NCBI GenBank assembly: GCA_964016885.1
Contig: OZ024741.1
Span: 253,952,001-254,016,000, forward strand
Direction: 5' to 3'
Origin: Eledone cirrhosa
Lineage: Eukaryota
DNA: 64,000 nucleotides
A model generated the notes under the pieces. It did not search any database. It was not told the DNA's origin and was given only the letters and a program-made list of their open reading frames with translations. Positions 24,581 to 37,887 of this stretch are shown here, piece by piece; position 1 is the stretch's first letter; every line of letters starts with the position of its first letter. The position numbers were made by a program, and so were the translations under genes.

Positions 24581-25279
24581 AATAATTATTAATTAATTCT
24601 ATCGTGCAATGCCTGTGCGTGAAGATATTTTTTAATGTGAGGAAAGACTGTGCACTGAGCCAATCCCACTCCCTGAGCGACAGTAGCTATAACCCGAAAA
24701 GAAGAAAAGATCAACATCATCGGTAACTACTGAGCCACAGGTTTTATATCGGAGTTATCCCAGTTTCCTGAGTTGCCTTCTCCTAGAAGAATGCCCTGAC
24801 AAAGGCTAGGGGTCCTTCACTCCCAGTGGTTTAACCGCGCAGTACATGTGTATATACATATTTACACACTTTTGGATGACCGTTGACTCTTATGAGTTCT
24901 TCCGCCCTTTGTCAGGTTTTGTTTTTTGTCCTGCAGGATGTCCAAGTATCACCCTCCTCACCAAGCAAACTTGGTGGAGTTGCCGATTTAGTCGTCGACG
25001 ACCCGAACATGCGACAGGTTGTACTGGGTTACATGTTACCAATAGCACTCAAGAGATACCCGGCATGCATATATACATATATGCATACATACATATATTC
25101 ATACATACGTACGTACAAACATACATAAATACATACATGCATACATACATCTATACATACATACATGCATACATACATACGAACGTACGTACATACATAC
25201 ATGCATATATACATATATTCATACATACATTCATACACACATACATACATAAATTCATACATATATATATAATACATAC

Positions 25280-26136
25280 ATGGTGGCTGCCAACTCGTTT
25301 TCGAGTACGGCCACTACATTATATCCATGTAGGAGAACCCTTACCGATGCGCTGAACGAGTGTGACTTTTTAGTCCAGCCAGCGACTTGAAAACTCTGGT
25401 ACAAACACTACACTTGTGACAATTATTGACACATAGTGCTGGGCCCATGGTATCATGTGATGACAAGTGCAGAGAGATCTCCAGATATAAAGCAATGCCT
25501 GTGCTGTGAAGCCACCAATTAAAGCAGTGCATTACTGGTACTTTATTTTATCGACCCCGTAAGGATGAAAGGAAAAGTTAACCTAGGCGGGATTTGAACT
25601 CAGAATGGCAAGGGCCGTAACTCTACGCCTCAAAGCATGGCGTCCAACTCTCTACCGATACTGCCAATTCACCGTTATTAATAATGGTATATCGTACAAT
25701 GGTCATACTCGATAACAAGGGGGTAGAAACATACATACATACATACATACATACATACATACATACATACATACATACATACATACATACATACATACAT
25801 ACATACACACTTTCATACATAGTGGGAAAACTTGTTCATGTCGTTCTGGGAGCAGACTGACATCCCCTATATATTTAACTGCTCGCTTCACTTTGGTATA
25901 GGCACCTCGCTTCTTTTCAAATTCCTCAACACCGGTAGCAATGAGTTTCACCACTGGGCTCTATTGGTTGCAAGACATTGTCGTGTTTCCGTGTTGATGT
26001 TGACTTTCTTCAAGGTATCTTTCAGGCAGTCTTTGAAGTACTTGCGTGGTTTGCACAATAAGCGTTTGCATTGCAATCGTTCGCCATACAAAAACAAACC
26101 TTACTTGCGGATTCTGCTGTCATTTAGGCGTACTAT
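25280..26136 (-). pseudogene. 3' fragment of an RTE-like LINE (RT C-terminal region and terminal C2H2 finger), interrupted by a SINE and (ACAT)n
   Basis: Translation IVRLNDSRIRK...PRKYFKDCLKDTLK and terminal CSVCTRVFKSLAGLKSHTRSAH. Confidence 0.6.
25525..25674 (-). mobile_element. SINE family 1, inverted near-copy of the 24393 SINE including ~50 bp of its flank
   Basis: Shares diagnostic CCTAGGTTAACTTTTCC and the flank CCCCTTGTTATCGAGTATGACCATTGT in reverse complement. Confidence 0.85.
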
Positions 26137-26142
26137 ATAAAA

Positions 26143-26177
<35 letters not shown>

Positions 26178-26544
26178 CATACATACATACATACAGCTGG
26201 AATCGCTCACCGGTTCGCGATATCGCCCAGGATGGGAAACCCTGCTTACAGGTAAAAAGGGAAACACCATTCACTAAGTGGTAGAAGTAATAGTATGCTT
26301 CGCTGAGGAGGCTAAATAGAACCGAAGCATGGCTGGAGCTGTCACCGTATTTACTCATGAGTTGCTGCTCCAATTGAAGTTTTTATCAATTTAAATTTCA
26401 AACGGGTTATTTGTTCATTAAAATTGATTACAGAGTCAGGCTAGATCGATACACATCGAACCTTGAGCTGATCAGTGGCGAAACGAGTGTCACCATCAAA
26501 TAAACGTAATGAAGGAGTAACCACTCGTCCTTGTTTTATTTTAT

Positions 26545-26588
<44 letters not shown>

Positions 26589-26611
26589 CGTGTGTCACTT
26601 CTCTACATTCC

Positions 26612-26735
<124 letters not shown>

Positions 26736-26982
26736 AGAATTTAGCTTCGAACATAGCTGCATACAAATATGTATTTGAATTTCGTATTTCGTATTTCTAA
26801 AGAAATACGGTATGTTTATAAATAAACGTTTAGAAAGTCATAGCTATGAATGACACTGGCAGCTAACACCATCAATCGGGGCTCAGCAGAAGCAAAGGGG
26901 CAATTTTCGATGCATTTCGAACTTAACTAGTTCACATCAGGTCGATCTCTCCCTCTCTTGCAACTGCCGGACTTTGAAAACA

Positions 26983-27039
<57 letters not shown>

Positions 27040-27453
27040 CAGTGGATCTGCTAATATACAGATCTGACTGATCAGCCAGTCTGCTGATATGCAAATCAGG
27101 CCGATCAGTCACTGCATATTTCAGAAAATATATATTTTCTCTAGCTCTGACAGTTGGCAGGTGAGCAGAAAACTGCACTGATGAAGGGTAATCACCCAGA
27201 AACAATAGTGTCTGCAGTTCTGTTTACATGCCAACACAGGAGCAGGAATGAGTGACTCATTCTACTGAAAAGGCTTAAAAGAGGGTGTTTGCATGATTGC
27301 AAACGAATCGAATATTATTATTGATATTCAAAAAACTCAGATTACATTTATTGTATTCAGCCATGTAGAACGATAACTATTTGTTATATATATATATATA
27401 TTAATAAAAACAATGAAATAAAAACAAAGAACAAGTTTCTTATATTAAAAAAT

Positions 27454-27588
27454 TCATCATTTTGCGATCGTTTCTAGGATGTATATGTGTGTTGGTATGT
27501 ATATCATATAGATCTATGTAAAACTATACAAATTATCAGAGGAAATATACATACCTTCACGTATACATGCTGTCTTCAGAAATGATGA
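27454..27588 (-). ncRNA. Hammerhead ribozyme at PLE-B 3' end with ~100-nt stem II; cleavage triplet mutated to GCA
   Basis: tcatcattt-CTGAAGA-long hairpin-GAAA-c gatc g-CA-aaatgatga. Perfect 9-bp stem I. Confidence 0.75.
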
Positions 27589-28296
27589 GATTTGTTTATT
27601 GGAAAAAACCAACAAAGATTTAATATAAAAGGTCTGTTTGGGAACAGGTTTTGAATTGACCAATAGAAAAGTAGTTAGAGGTCAAGTTGATAGAATAGTG
27701 GTAGTAGAAATTTAATTTAGGGGTAGAGGAGTGCAGACTTATGTTGTGAATGAAAAGAATACTTTGAATGAAAAGATTACTTGGGGATGAAAAGAGGTCA
27801 AGCCAGTGAAGGGTACACGAAAATTTGATGTTATTAAAGAATAATGTTAAAAACGAAGGAAAATAACATTTTAGGGTAAGGGTATTAGTGAGAAATACCA
27901 ATCTTATTTAAACCACAAGGAGTCTAGATCTATAACAAGAAATTAAATTAATTGATAGGTATACTTATAGGGATAAATTTATATTAATTCATATGAATGT
28001 AATAAATAAGGATTAGATGTTATTAAAGAGTGTTGTTAAAAATGAAGGAAAGTAAAATTTTGGGATAAGGGTAGTAGTGAGAAATACCAATCTTATTTAA
28101 ACTACAAGAAATCTAGATTCATAACAGGAAATTGAATTAATTTATGGGTATACTTTTAGATATTAATTTTAGGAAAAGAGAGCTGTAAGAGGGAAATAAA
28201 ATTATGAAGTTCTCTATAGTAAAGTACTAATTATAGGTTAACTAAATTAAAAAAACTAATTATAATAATATGTAAAATATAAGAGTAAGGTGTATA

Positions 28297-28758
28297 TTAA
28301 TTAGGTTTATAATATTTGAAGGTTCTTCTAATTCTATGATTGCAAGATATAATTAATTCATGTCTCTTATTTAATAGGATATCCTTAGATTTCATGATTT
28401 CAAAAAGTTCCTGGGAGCATAACCTACACTCGTATCTGTTATTTTGATAAGGGGTGGCCCTTTTGAGCACACTCGAGGTCAGGTTGTAATCGATATTCTT
28501 CTTTCTATAATTATTAATTGTTTCAGCCAATGATGTTGTATTAGCTAATGCGGCATTTTAAAAACTATGTTTGTGGGTATTAAATCTTACTTTAAATTGG
28601 TTAGACGTAGCTGCTATATATGAATAAGTAGAGTCCTTAGAGCTAATTTTACATTTATAGACTATGTTATTAATAAGACAATTTCCCTTTAATGGGCAAT
28701 TTCTTTTGATTCTACAGTTACAACCATTCGTGAATATTATATCAAGGGAGTTAGTCAA
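28297..28758 (-). pseudogene. GIY-YIG endonuclease of PLE-B (split over two ORFs)
   Basis: ORFs 28558..28758 and 28297..28530 align with PLE-A and PLE-C endonuclease motifs. Confidence 0.88.
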
Positions 28759-28959
28759 ATTTGGTGTGGAATTTACTCGACTTGTTATAGGTGAAGGGGA
28801 TGGTTGTTTGTTGCGGTTTATTTTAGTATTATGGTTGGTTTGATGTGTTGGTGGTATATTTGTGGGTTTTTTACATTTATATGCGTTGTACGCACTTATA
28901 TTTTGTTGTATATTTTTGGTAGTGGAGTAAGAAAATTTGACAGTTGATCTATTTAAAAT

Positions 28960-30718
28960 TTAATGGTATTTATGGTTTGGTGGGAAGTTTTTCTCTAGGA
29001 TAGTAAAATATTTTTTAGGGATATTATCTTTAATTTGTAGATTAAATGGAGCATTATACCAAGTAACCCGTCTATTACGGTTTCGATATTGTTTTTTATA
29101 TTTATACGATGTATCAGGATGTTTACTAAGAGAGTTACTATTAGTGAATTTATTATATATAGGTTTAGTTAGATTAACTGATTTAGGTGTTTTAGTCTGA
29201 TTACTAGGAATTTTGTTAGTAATGTTGTTAACATATATTGGAGTATTAGGATGAATGGTTTTTTGAAAGTCATTATATTTTATGTGAGAAGAGGTAGAGA
29301 AATTAAGTTTTAGGTTGGTATTTTTAGGTGTAGTATGAGTGGCATTTAGGTGTGGGTTTTTCATTTGGTGTTTGTTGGTAATATTGGGTTGTATGTTTGA
29401 AGTATTATTGGTGCAAGGTATATAGACTAATTTGTTTTTGTGGCCGCTTCTAGCTAAAGCTTCGTTATAAAAGGGCGCGTTTTTATCGAATACATCCTGG
29501 TTAGATGAAAGGTTAGAGATTCTGAGTGAGATGTTATATGCTAGGTTTTTAAGGATAGATTTAGGGTGATTGGATTGTGAGTGTATGTAATGTAAGTTTT
29601 GGTTAGGTTTATGGTAAGGTTGGTAGATACCCGTAGATAGGTCTAAAGTTATATCTAGGAAATTGACTATTTTACTGATGTTTTCAAATGTAATAGTGAG
29701 ATTGTAATAGTCTTTGAGGAAAGTTCTAATAAGTTTTTTATTTTTTTCAATTTCTGATAGGCTAAGGTTAGTGGAAAGAAGAAGACAGTCATCACGATAT
29801 AAACCACCTTTAAGGTGGGGAAATGATGAATTAATGTTAAATAGAAGAAAGAGGCCTACAAGATCGGTAATTTGGGCGGAATCACTAGAGCCCATAGTAA
29901 TGTCAAAGAGATTACTATATGTATTTCTGGTCCAGTATTCCTTCTGAAACTCCAGTAATGTTTGTCTAGCGTGCGTGATAATATTAATGTCATCCATAGT
30001 TAAGTTTTATCTATGTTTGGCAAATATCAAGGCTTTGTTCAGGAGTGTGTGTGATATAGAAGAATAATAAGCATCTATATCAAATTGTAGAAATGAAGCA
30101 GATGATTTATTTCTAATATTAGTAAACCAGTTAATTACTTGGGATGTGTTTTCCCAGAGTGGTAAGTTAACGTGTTTTCTTAATTGTGGGATGATTCTAT
30201 CTAAAATATTTTTACTAATGATGCCAATATCTAACTTGAAAGGGCATATAAGTATTATAGAAGGATTAGAGTTAAAGTTAGATTTGTGATCTTTCAGGTT
30301 AAAGTGTGGTTTTTTTCAGTGCCAAAGGTTCAGTTCTGTCTTCAATATTGAGTTTATTTACTATGTTGTATGTTTTGTTGTTGATATTGATAAGAGCCGC
30401 ATTATTTGTTTTGTTATAATTTTTCCTGAGTTCTTTATAAATGAACTCATTGTAATTATCAATATCCATGTGGTATAGATTTCCAGTTTTGTCTGAGTGG
30501 ACGTGGACTTTGTTAGATTTTTTTTAGAGTCAAGATCCTTTTGAAAATTAGATTTATATTTCTTAAATTTGAGGTGTTTGATTAAGTTAAATAGGTCTTT
30601 CTCGAAGTTTTCAAGCAAGGAGTTGTGTGGTGGGTTCTTATATGTGGTGAAATCATATAAATATTTCTTATCATTACGTTTTGTTTTTCTATCAAAGTGG
30701 TAGGCCCTCCATCTGACC

Positions 30719-30720
<2 letters not shown>
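28960..30720 (-). pseudogene. Reverse transcriptase of PLE-B (frameshifted)
   Basis: ORF 28960..29997 with YRDD plus upstream fragments (LENFEKDLFNLIKHLKF, RVRWRAYHF). Confidence 0.9.
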
Positions 30721-30813
<93 letters not shown>

Positions 30814-30814
30814 A

Positions 30815-30873
30815 GAGCTTCTACAGGACTAGAACTGTTTCATTCGTGAGAAATCATCTGATGATTTCTCACG
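30815..30873 (-). other. Short insert with partial hammerhead and 14-bp-arm palindrome centred on the core
   Basis: CGTGAGAAATCATC-T-GATGATTTCTCACG (30845-30873). Minus strand reads CAGATGA-tttc tcac gaat-GAAA-c agttcta-GTC. Confidence 0.55.
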
Positions 30874-31125
30874 TATAAAACATGATGGTTGCAGTGCGAG
30901 GATATTTTCTGTATAGTTCAAATTTGTGTGTGTGCAGAAAAAGAAAGTTAGTTTTCACATCCATCACATAAGTTATGATATATTTGTATTGAATGTTTGT
31001 TATAGTAATGGATTGTAATGTATTGTAACTTAGTGTTATTTAATCCATATTTGTAGATTAGGATCTTTCAGCTGCGAGAATTTACAGCGGTTTAATATCC
31101 AGAAGCGGGTATGCAATTAAGATTT

Positions 31126-32630
31126 ATGGGATCTAGTGACTTGGCGCAGGTCACTGATTTGGTGGGCCTATATCTACTAAATGAAATACATAAGGACCTA
31201 CCATACCTCAACGGTGGTTTATACCGCGATGATGCACTACTCCTTATAGACTATAAAAAATTTAATATAGAAAGAACTAGGAAACTATTACATAAAACTT
31301 TCAAAAACTATAACTTAAGTATCACCATAGACAAAAACACTAAAAATGTTAACTTCCTTGATGCTACTCTTTACCTAGCCTCTAAAATATATACGCCCTT
31401 TCATAAACCTAACGAAAAACTAATTTATGTAGATACCAAGTCTAACCACCCTAGATCCATATTAAACTCAATCACTAAAGGAATATCTAATAGAATCTCT
31501 AATCTATCTTATAACGAAACCATATTTAGCAATAATTCACAATACTATAATCAGGCATTAGCTAAATCAGGCCATAATAATGGGATTGAGTTCCTACCTA
31601 TAAAATCGCATAGTTACAACATTGTTTCTCACAATATGGCCATGAGGAAAAATAGTAATAAGAATAATAACCACACTTACACTAATACGAAGGCTAGCAT
31701 CAAACTTAACTCGCACCAGAGTAGACACCAAAATACTATAAACAGAAATACCTCAATAGATATAAAAACAAATATATAAAAAACAAAAATAGAAGAACTA
31801 TATTTTTCAATCCCCCTTTCAATCTAAACGTCTCTACCAACTTACCTAAGGCTTTCTTCTCAATCCTGGATAAAAACTTCCCATCTGGCCACAAGTACTA
31901 TAGTCTTATAAATAAAAACACCATTAAAATCTCCTACTCTACCACACCTAACATAGCATACGATATAGCTAGTAGTAATAAAAGAAAGATTAATACTTAT
32001 TTTAAACAAACTAAAACACAGCAGGGGGTAAACTTTCAAAACAACATAATAACTACAAACCCTAATAACAATAGTAATAATAGTCATAACACTAATGAAA
32101 TCAATAACATTAGGAACGACAACCATCATAGCCCTAATGCAATACCTAGCAACCAGACTTCTACAGAACATAATAACCGACAAGATAACATCCAAAATAA
32201 ATGTAACTGTAGATCAAATAGAACCTGCCCTTTAGGTAACAACTGCTTAATCAAGGACATCATTTACTCATGCACGGTCAACACTAACAACTCTTCTGAA
32301 ACCTATATAGGCTCTACTTTGAACTGCTTCAAGACGAGATACAACTCACACCTCCATTCTTTCAAAAAACACAATCTAGCCAACTCCACTTCACTATCTA
32401 GCTACATACACTATCTGAAAACTAGGAATAGATCATGTACACTTCAATGGGAAGTGGTAGGTAGGGCTGCATCGTATAAACCACCTAATAAATTTTGTAA
32501 CCTCTGTCTACTAGAGACCCATACTATAATCTTTTCGAATCTTAACCTCCTTAATAAAAAAGCGGAAGTGTTTGCATCGTGCCAACACCGCTTCCGACAC
32601 TCTTTCCAAAACTTTAAACCTAGTATATAA
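31126..32630 (+). pseudogene. RT (from motif B) plus GIY-YIG endonuclease of PLE-C, frameshifted
   Basis: ORFs 31111..31779 and 32319..32630. The ATG at 31111 comes from the inverted segment. Confidence 0.9.
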
Positions 32631-32897
32631 CAATGTCAGATTTGAACTCATCACCACCATTAGTACTTCACCTCTAGGTCTGGCCTTCCACCACCACATC
32701 ACATTCTCTGATCCACCCCTTCCTCTACACAAATCATTTTATCTATAACTTTATACTCTAGAAATATCCTTATAATCACCACCTTTTAATATAATTACTT
32801 TAGATCAGTTATAATTATATAGTGATTGAAATATAATACAGTTTATATAAACTTTAAATATTAAATGCAACAATGAATTAAATGTATAGATTAATAA

Positions 32898-32925
32898 TTG
32901 TTTCTACTTTTGGCACAAGGCCAGC
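32898..32925 (-). mobile_element. 28-bp 3' stub of SINE family 1 with 17-bp target-site duplication
   Basis: AATGTATAGATTAATAA at 32881-32897 and 32926-32942 flanks TTGTTTCTACTTTTGGCACAAGGCCAGC. Confidence 0.8.
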
Positions 32926-34085
32926 AATGTATAGATTAATAACATTGTATATATAGGATTAATTTATTAACATAAGGGATTTGTATAACTTATATGTAAT
33001 ATGGAACAATGAATTATATATACATTTATAATTAAATGTATAGATTAATAACATTGTATATAAAGGATGAATTTACTTACTCAAGAGATGTATCTAATTT
33101 ATCATGCAAACAGCTGTACGTTATTCCATAGCTTACCAAATGTTGGTTAGACAAAAATCTAATTGGACCTTTAATATGTTTTGAGAGTAGAATATATTTA
33201 GGGTTAATTTGATATAAATATATAGCACTTTGTATGGGAAATTCAATTATGGCACTATATAATATTGGGTAGACAACTTTCTATTAATATATTATGAGGG
33301 AGTGGACTGTGTTTAAAATTAAATATAAATACATAACTTTTTATATAAGGGACTCAATGGAGGCACCATATAATGTCTATTTGAACAATGACTTTAATTA
33401 TTATAATGAGCTAGTTACCTCCCCTTACGCATTAGCTCCCCTTAATTACATACCCGCTTCCGAATATTAAACCGCTGTAAATTCTCGCAGCTGAAAGACC
33501 CTAATCTACAAATATGGATTAAATAACACTAAGTTACAATACATTACAATCCATTACTATAACAAACATTCAATACAAATATATCATAACTTATGTGATG
33601 GATGTGAAAACTAACTTTCTTTTTCTGCACACACACAAATTTGAACTATACAGAAAATATCCTCGCACTGCAACCATCATAATACACTAACATACTCGCT
33701 TAAAGTGCTTGTATTTCATGTAATACCTTGCCATACAGTACTCATATATACATGATACATTTGGTTGTTCCATCCCTTTATATATGACTAACGCATATAC
33801 TATCTCTTTAATTTAATTATTAGACTATTCTCTTGTATTATCCCTATTATCTGTATTATCTGTTGCATGTATTCCAACCTATGGTTTTAATCTTGTTTTT
33901 AAATTTAATTTTGATTTTAATCTTAATTTGAATTATTGTACAAATATAGCATAATATAATATATGTCGCATCAATTCCACACTGTAAACATGAAACTGTT
34001 GTACACAACATCAATATATATATATATGTATCTGTATGTTTCTTCGGTTGAGTAGGAGGTCAATTATATGTACAAACATTAAAAA

Positions 34086-34132
34086 TGCTCCGAAGACTCC
34101 AAGTCTAGGCTTGGAAGAAACAATTGTCAGCA
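34086..34132 (+). ncRNA. Minimal type-I hammerhead ribozyme at PLE-C 3' end (U4C core)
   Basis: tgct-CCGAAGA-c tccaagt ctag gcttgga a-GAAA-c aatt g-TC-agca. Palindromic stem III ACAATTGT. About 40 nt before (TA)n. Confidence 0.78.
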
Positions 34133-34172
34133 AATAAATGTTTTAAACATAACTTTGATTCTTGTGAATTCA

Positions 34173-34224
<52 letters not shown>

Positions 34225-34226
<2 letters not shown>

Positions 34227-34985
34227 GATAACAAGTTATCGTTATAGGTAATCCAGTTAGAGGTTGTGAGTACTCTGTATTGTGGATAGTTTTAACGTAC
34301 GGCGTTGTTTGACTCAACAAGAGGTTTCCATAGTTAGGTAGCGAGTTCGCGAGATTCCTATGCAGGTTATTCTTGGAGTAATAATAGTGAAAGATTGAAG
34401 AATAACATGGTCGGCTGTACAAAAATAGTTTTATTTCAAGTATTAACAATTGTTTCACTGATCGGGTGAGTCTAAAGGCTGCTAATCACTCGAAGTTGCG
34501 TCACTCGACCTTAAATACAGTGTTTACCTCTGATCAAATCATCGGAATACTGGAGGTTTTACACATGGCATTGGTATATATAGAGATACAATGGAGAATG
34601 AAAACAATAACATCAATAATAAAAGATAATGATAAAGAGGTAAAGAAGATAGAATGAAGATGGTACAGATGTAAAAAATAAGTAAAAAAAAGAAGTACAG
34701 AATGTGATTGCTGATAATAGTGGTGGTAGTGAGTGAGTGTATGTGTAAAGATAAGACTAACATGAAAAGCAACATCAAGTACATACATATATACGTGGTG
34801 GTCAAATCTCAGAGGGTTAGAGTAGAAAATAAAAAATAGTAACAAATGACAGATAAAAGATAAAAAATAATAAATTAAAAATTAAGTGAGAGGGGAAGAG
34901 ATACGAGGATGAGACATAAGGGGTAGGGCTAAGGATGGGGAAGGAGTAGATAGGTAGATAGAGTATATGAATTGAGATGGTGATT
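34225..34985 (-). mobile_element. Non-coding PLE 3'-end/pLTR-like repeat, family D (second copy 46810-47850)
   Basis: Collinear similarity between the two copies. Both begin GGGATAACAAGTT directly after (TA)n and carry an HHR motif. Confidence 0.7.
34439..34551 (-). ncRNA. Hammerhead ribozyme with extended stem II (U4C core, GUU site); second copy 47026-47136
   Basis: agtatt-CCGATGA-tttgatc...(82 nt)...gatcagt-GAAA-c aatt g-TT-aatact. Confidence 0.68.
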
Positions 34986-35011
34986 ATAATAAATGTTCGG
35001 TAAACCCATAC

Positions 35012-35095
<84 letters not shown>

Positions 35096-35511
35096 ATGTA
35101 TGTATATATATATACATACTACTGTAGGTCTGTATACATATATGTATGTACGTATACATACATACTTACATTTAAGTATCAGCCGTACTAAGAGTGAGAA
35201 ATGAAATTTCGTTTCATTCTTTTCCATTTATCGTTTCGGTACGCCTGGCCGACTAACTCACTCAATATGCAAATTAGGCTGCTCAGCCGTTAATATGCAT
35301 AAGGAAAGTATATACTTTCAAACGTTCAATCATCTGACAAGAAGGTATACGATGCTGGCGATAGCTAATAAGCTTGAAACTAGTACATCGTTCCTGGGTC
35401 AGTGTTGAACAAAAAGGCGACGATGGTTGCCAAACACTGTACGGCGTAATTCGGGCTGTTTGTGTACAAACAAACCGAATATTATAATAAATGCTCGGTA
35501 AACCCATACGT

Positions 35512-35598
<87 letters not shown>

Positions 35599-35727
35599 TG
35601 TATGTATATACATACTACTGTACGTCTGTATACATATATGTATGTACGTATACATACATACTTACATTTAAGTATCAGCTGTACTAAGAGTGAGAAATGA
35701 AATTTCGTTTCATTCTTTTCCATTTAT
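34984..35727. repeat. Direct duplication (approx. 34984-35231 and 35480-35727), each copy with an internal (TA)n
   Basis: Near-identical ORF translations '[14 protein letters not shown]' at 34817..35227 and 35283..35723. Confidence 0.8.
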
Positions 35728-36026
35728 ATATATATACATATATATAAGCAAGATGTATGGTAGGTCGTATGTGAATAATGCGTAAATTATAAATTATAAA
35801 TTATCTAATTTTTAACCTTCAATCCCTGACTCTTAGGCCCTTTTCAAATTCTCTTAACTCCCCATAACCCATCCCTTTTACAACTCCGACAACTAATATA
35901 AAAGAGCCCCCTTAGAATATAGACCCCAAATATACAAGCGGAGCTGCTGATGTATACCACAATTTCAAACTGCTATTCTTGAGTGAAACGTTGATGTAAA
36001 TAATGAACTTGCAATCACATGTTATA

Positions 36027-36073
36027 TGCCTTGAAAAGTCCCACCATATGGTCGGACGAAACGGCTGTCGGCA
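36027..36073 (+). ncRNA. Type-I hammerhead ribozyme, U3-A8 core variant
   Basis: tgcc-TTGAAAA-gtcc caccatatggtc ggac-GAAA-c ggct g-TC-ggca. About 50 nt upstream of (TA)n. Confidence 0.72.
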
Positions 36074-36149
36074 ATAAACTTGTTATAATGTCATAATAGT
36101 TCCTTTGTTCTTTTTCATTAATACATATATATATATATATACATACATA

Positions 36150-36313
36150 GATGGATCATAACGCACCAGAGTACTCAATACTTAGGGTAGTAGAGTGGGA
36201 AATAGGAAAAAGTATGACCCCGACGGCAGAGCTCGAGCCGTTTCGACGGCTATTTCTCTCCAGAAATAGCCGTCGAAACGGCTCGAGCTCTGCCGTCGGG
36301 GTCATACTTTTTC
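36150..36313 (-). mobile_element. Short insert in (TA)n, family E, with perfect 52-bp-arm palindrome (36206-36313) centred on a hammerhead core
   Basis: Arms 36206-36257 and 36262-36313. Minus strand reads CTGGAGA-ga aatagccg tc-GAAA-cggc tcgagctct gccg-TC. Confidence 0.75.
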
Positions 36314-36757
36314 ATCTATATATATATATATATACATGTGTGGTGGGTGTATATACACACCAGCAGTAGATCAATATAATAAACTAAAACTATATAGCAA
36401 TAGCCTACACAAGGTGATAGGTGACTGAACCATTAAAACATATACACCACTAGCCCTCCACCACCCTACTTCTTACCCTGCACTTCCCTACGCATACCTC
36501 TCCTTTCTTTCCACAACACCGATTGGCTGCTAACCAAAGCAGTTTGTTGCTTACTCTGACAGTTTGTTGTGAAGGTCTGCAGGTCACAGCTCTCATTTGA
36601 ACCCTTGCCAATAGCAACTAGTGTGGGGGACGGAAGGGGGGAAATTGTGGCTGTCATGTGACCGAGGGAAATATTGAAATTTAACCCCTGCTGTTGGTCA
36701 AGTTTAACTAGTCAGATTTGTTTCTGTTGGTTTCTATCCACTCATACACTGGTCTGG

Positions 36758-36805
<48 letters not shown>

Positions 36806-36858
36806 AATTCGGGATCTCACGTTAGTAATGGTCTAATTAGTTTTTACCGCCTCCATTC

Positions 36859-36892
<34 letters not shown>

Positions 36893-36893
36893 T

Positions 36894-37178
36894 GTATTGA
36901 AGTTTCCGTTGAAAACAGAAAAAGTCATAGGAGTGAAGAGTGCTCTATGTAAGTACCAGAGCAAAATTTAATGTATAAAAAACGACCTGGTTTAAAATCC
37001 TATTGACTGAAGAGTGCTCGACTTTAAAGGGCTGGAAGGTGCCAATCTCATAAAGATGTAGAATATGCTGCGATCATTCCCTTGGGAGCTGTATAAGTAT
37101 TGAAGTTTCCGTTGAAAACAGAAAAAGTCATAGGAGTGAAGAGTGCTCTATGTAAGTACCAGAGCAAAATTTAATGTC
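36894..37178. repeat. ~82-bp direct repeats (36894-36975, 37098-37178) between (TA)n tracts
   Basis: GTATTGAAGTTTCCGTTGAAAACAG...GCAAAATTTAATGT occurs twice. Confidence 0.8.
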
Positions 37179-37191
37179 GTTTTTTATACAT

Positions 37192-37530
<339 letters not shown>

Positions 37531-37642
37531 TGACGTTGATGAGACACAAAATTGTGTAGGACACGAGGATATAGAGAGCGCTCACAGGGTAGGAAGCCAA
37601 ACTCGCTCGTGGTGAAGAATCTGCTGACCGTTGCTGGAGACG

Positions 37643-37819
37643 TATATAGTGGTAGAAGACTGGAAGGTAATATCCGTAGTGGTAGAGCACTCAGTCCATA
37701 GGACGAGTTAGGTAGAAGTTTTCGGTATGGTGAACTAACTCTTGTGTAACCACTTCTACCTAACTCGTATCATGGACTAAGTGCTCTACCACTACGGATA
37801 TCACCTTCCAGTGTTCTAC

Positions 37820-37828
<9 letters not shown>
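37643..37828. repeat. Inverted repeat, ~77-bp imperfect arms with 32-bp spacer
   Basis: 37643-37719 is the reverse complement of 37752-37828 with several mismatches. Confidence 0.8.

Positions 37829-37887
<59 letters not shown>

Larger units (their letters stand above)
27401..30720 (-). mobile_element. Penelope-like element B, near full length, frameshifted, flanked by (TA)n at both ends
   Basis: RT motifs FLQFDIDAYYSSIS, FDITMGSSDSAQITDLVG, GGLYRDD, VNFLDITL and HSQSNHP. CNCRIKRNCPLKGNC linker. GIY-YIG NIVYKC...YIA and CRLC...LLNKRHE. Confidence 0.92.
30882..34172 (+). mobile_element. Penelope-like element C, 5'-truncated, with an inverted copy of part of its 3' UTR at the 5' end (30882-31121 = reverse complement of 33441-33680)
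   Basis: MGSSDLAQVTDLVG, GGLYRDDA, VNFLDATL and DTKSNHP. CNCRSNRTCPLGNNC linker. DIIYSC...YIGST and CNLC..E...LLNKKAE....CQH. Ends at (TA)n. Confidence 0.92.

Noticed and set aside
26420-26500. Possible hammerhead (GAAAcgagtGTC)
   Set aside because: No acceptable core (TTGATTA) and no stem I partner found.
35330-35395. Possible hammerhead (CTGACAA...GAAActaGTA)
   Set aside because: C3-A8 mismatch and no stem I pairing.
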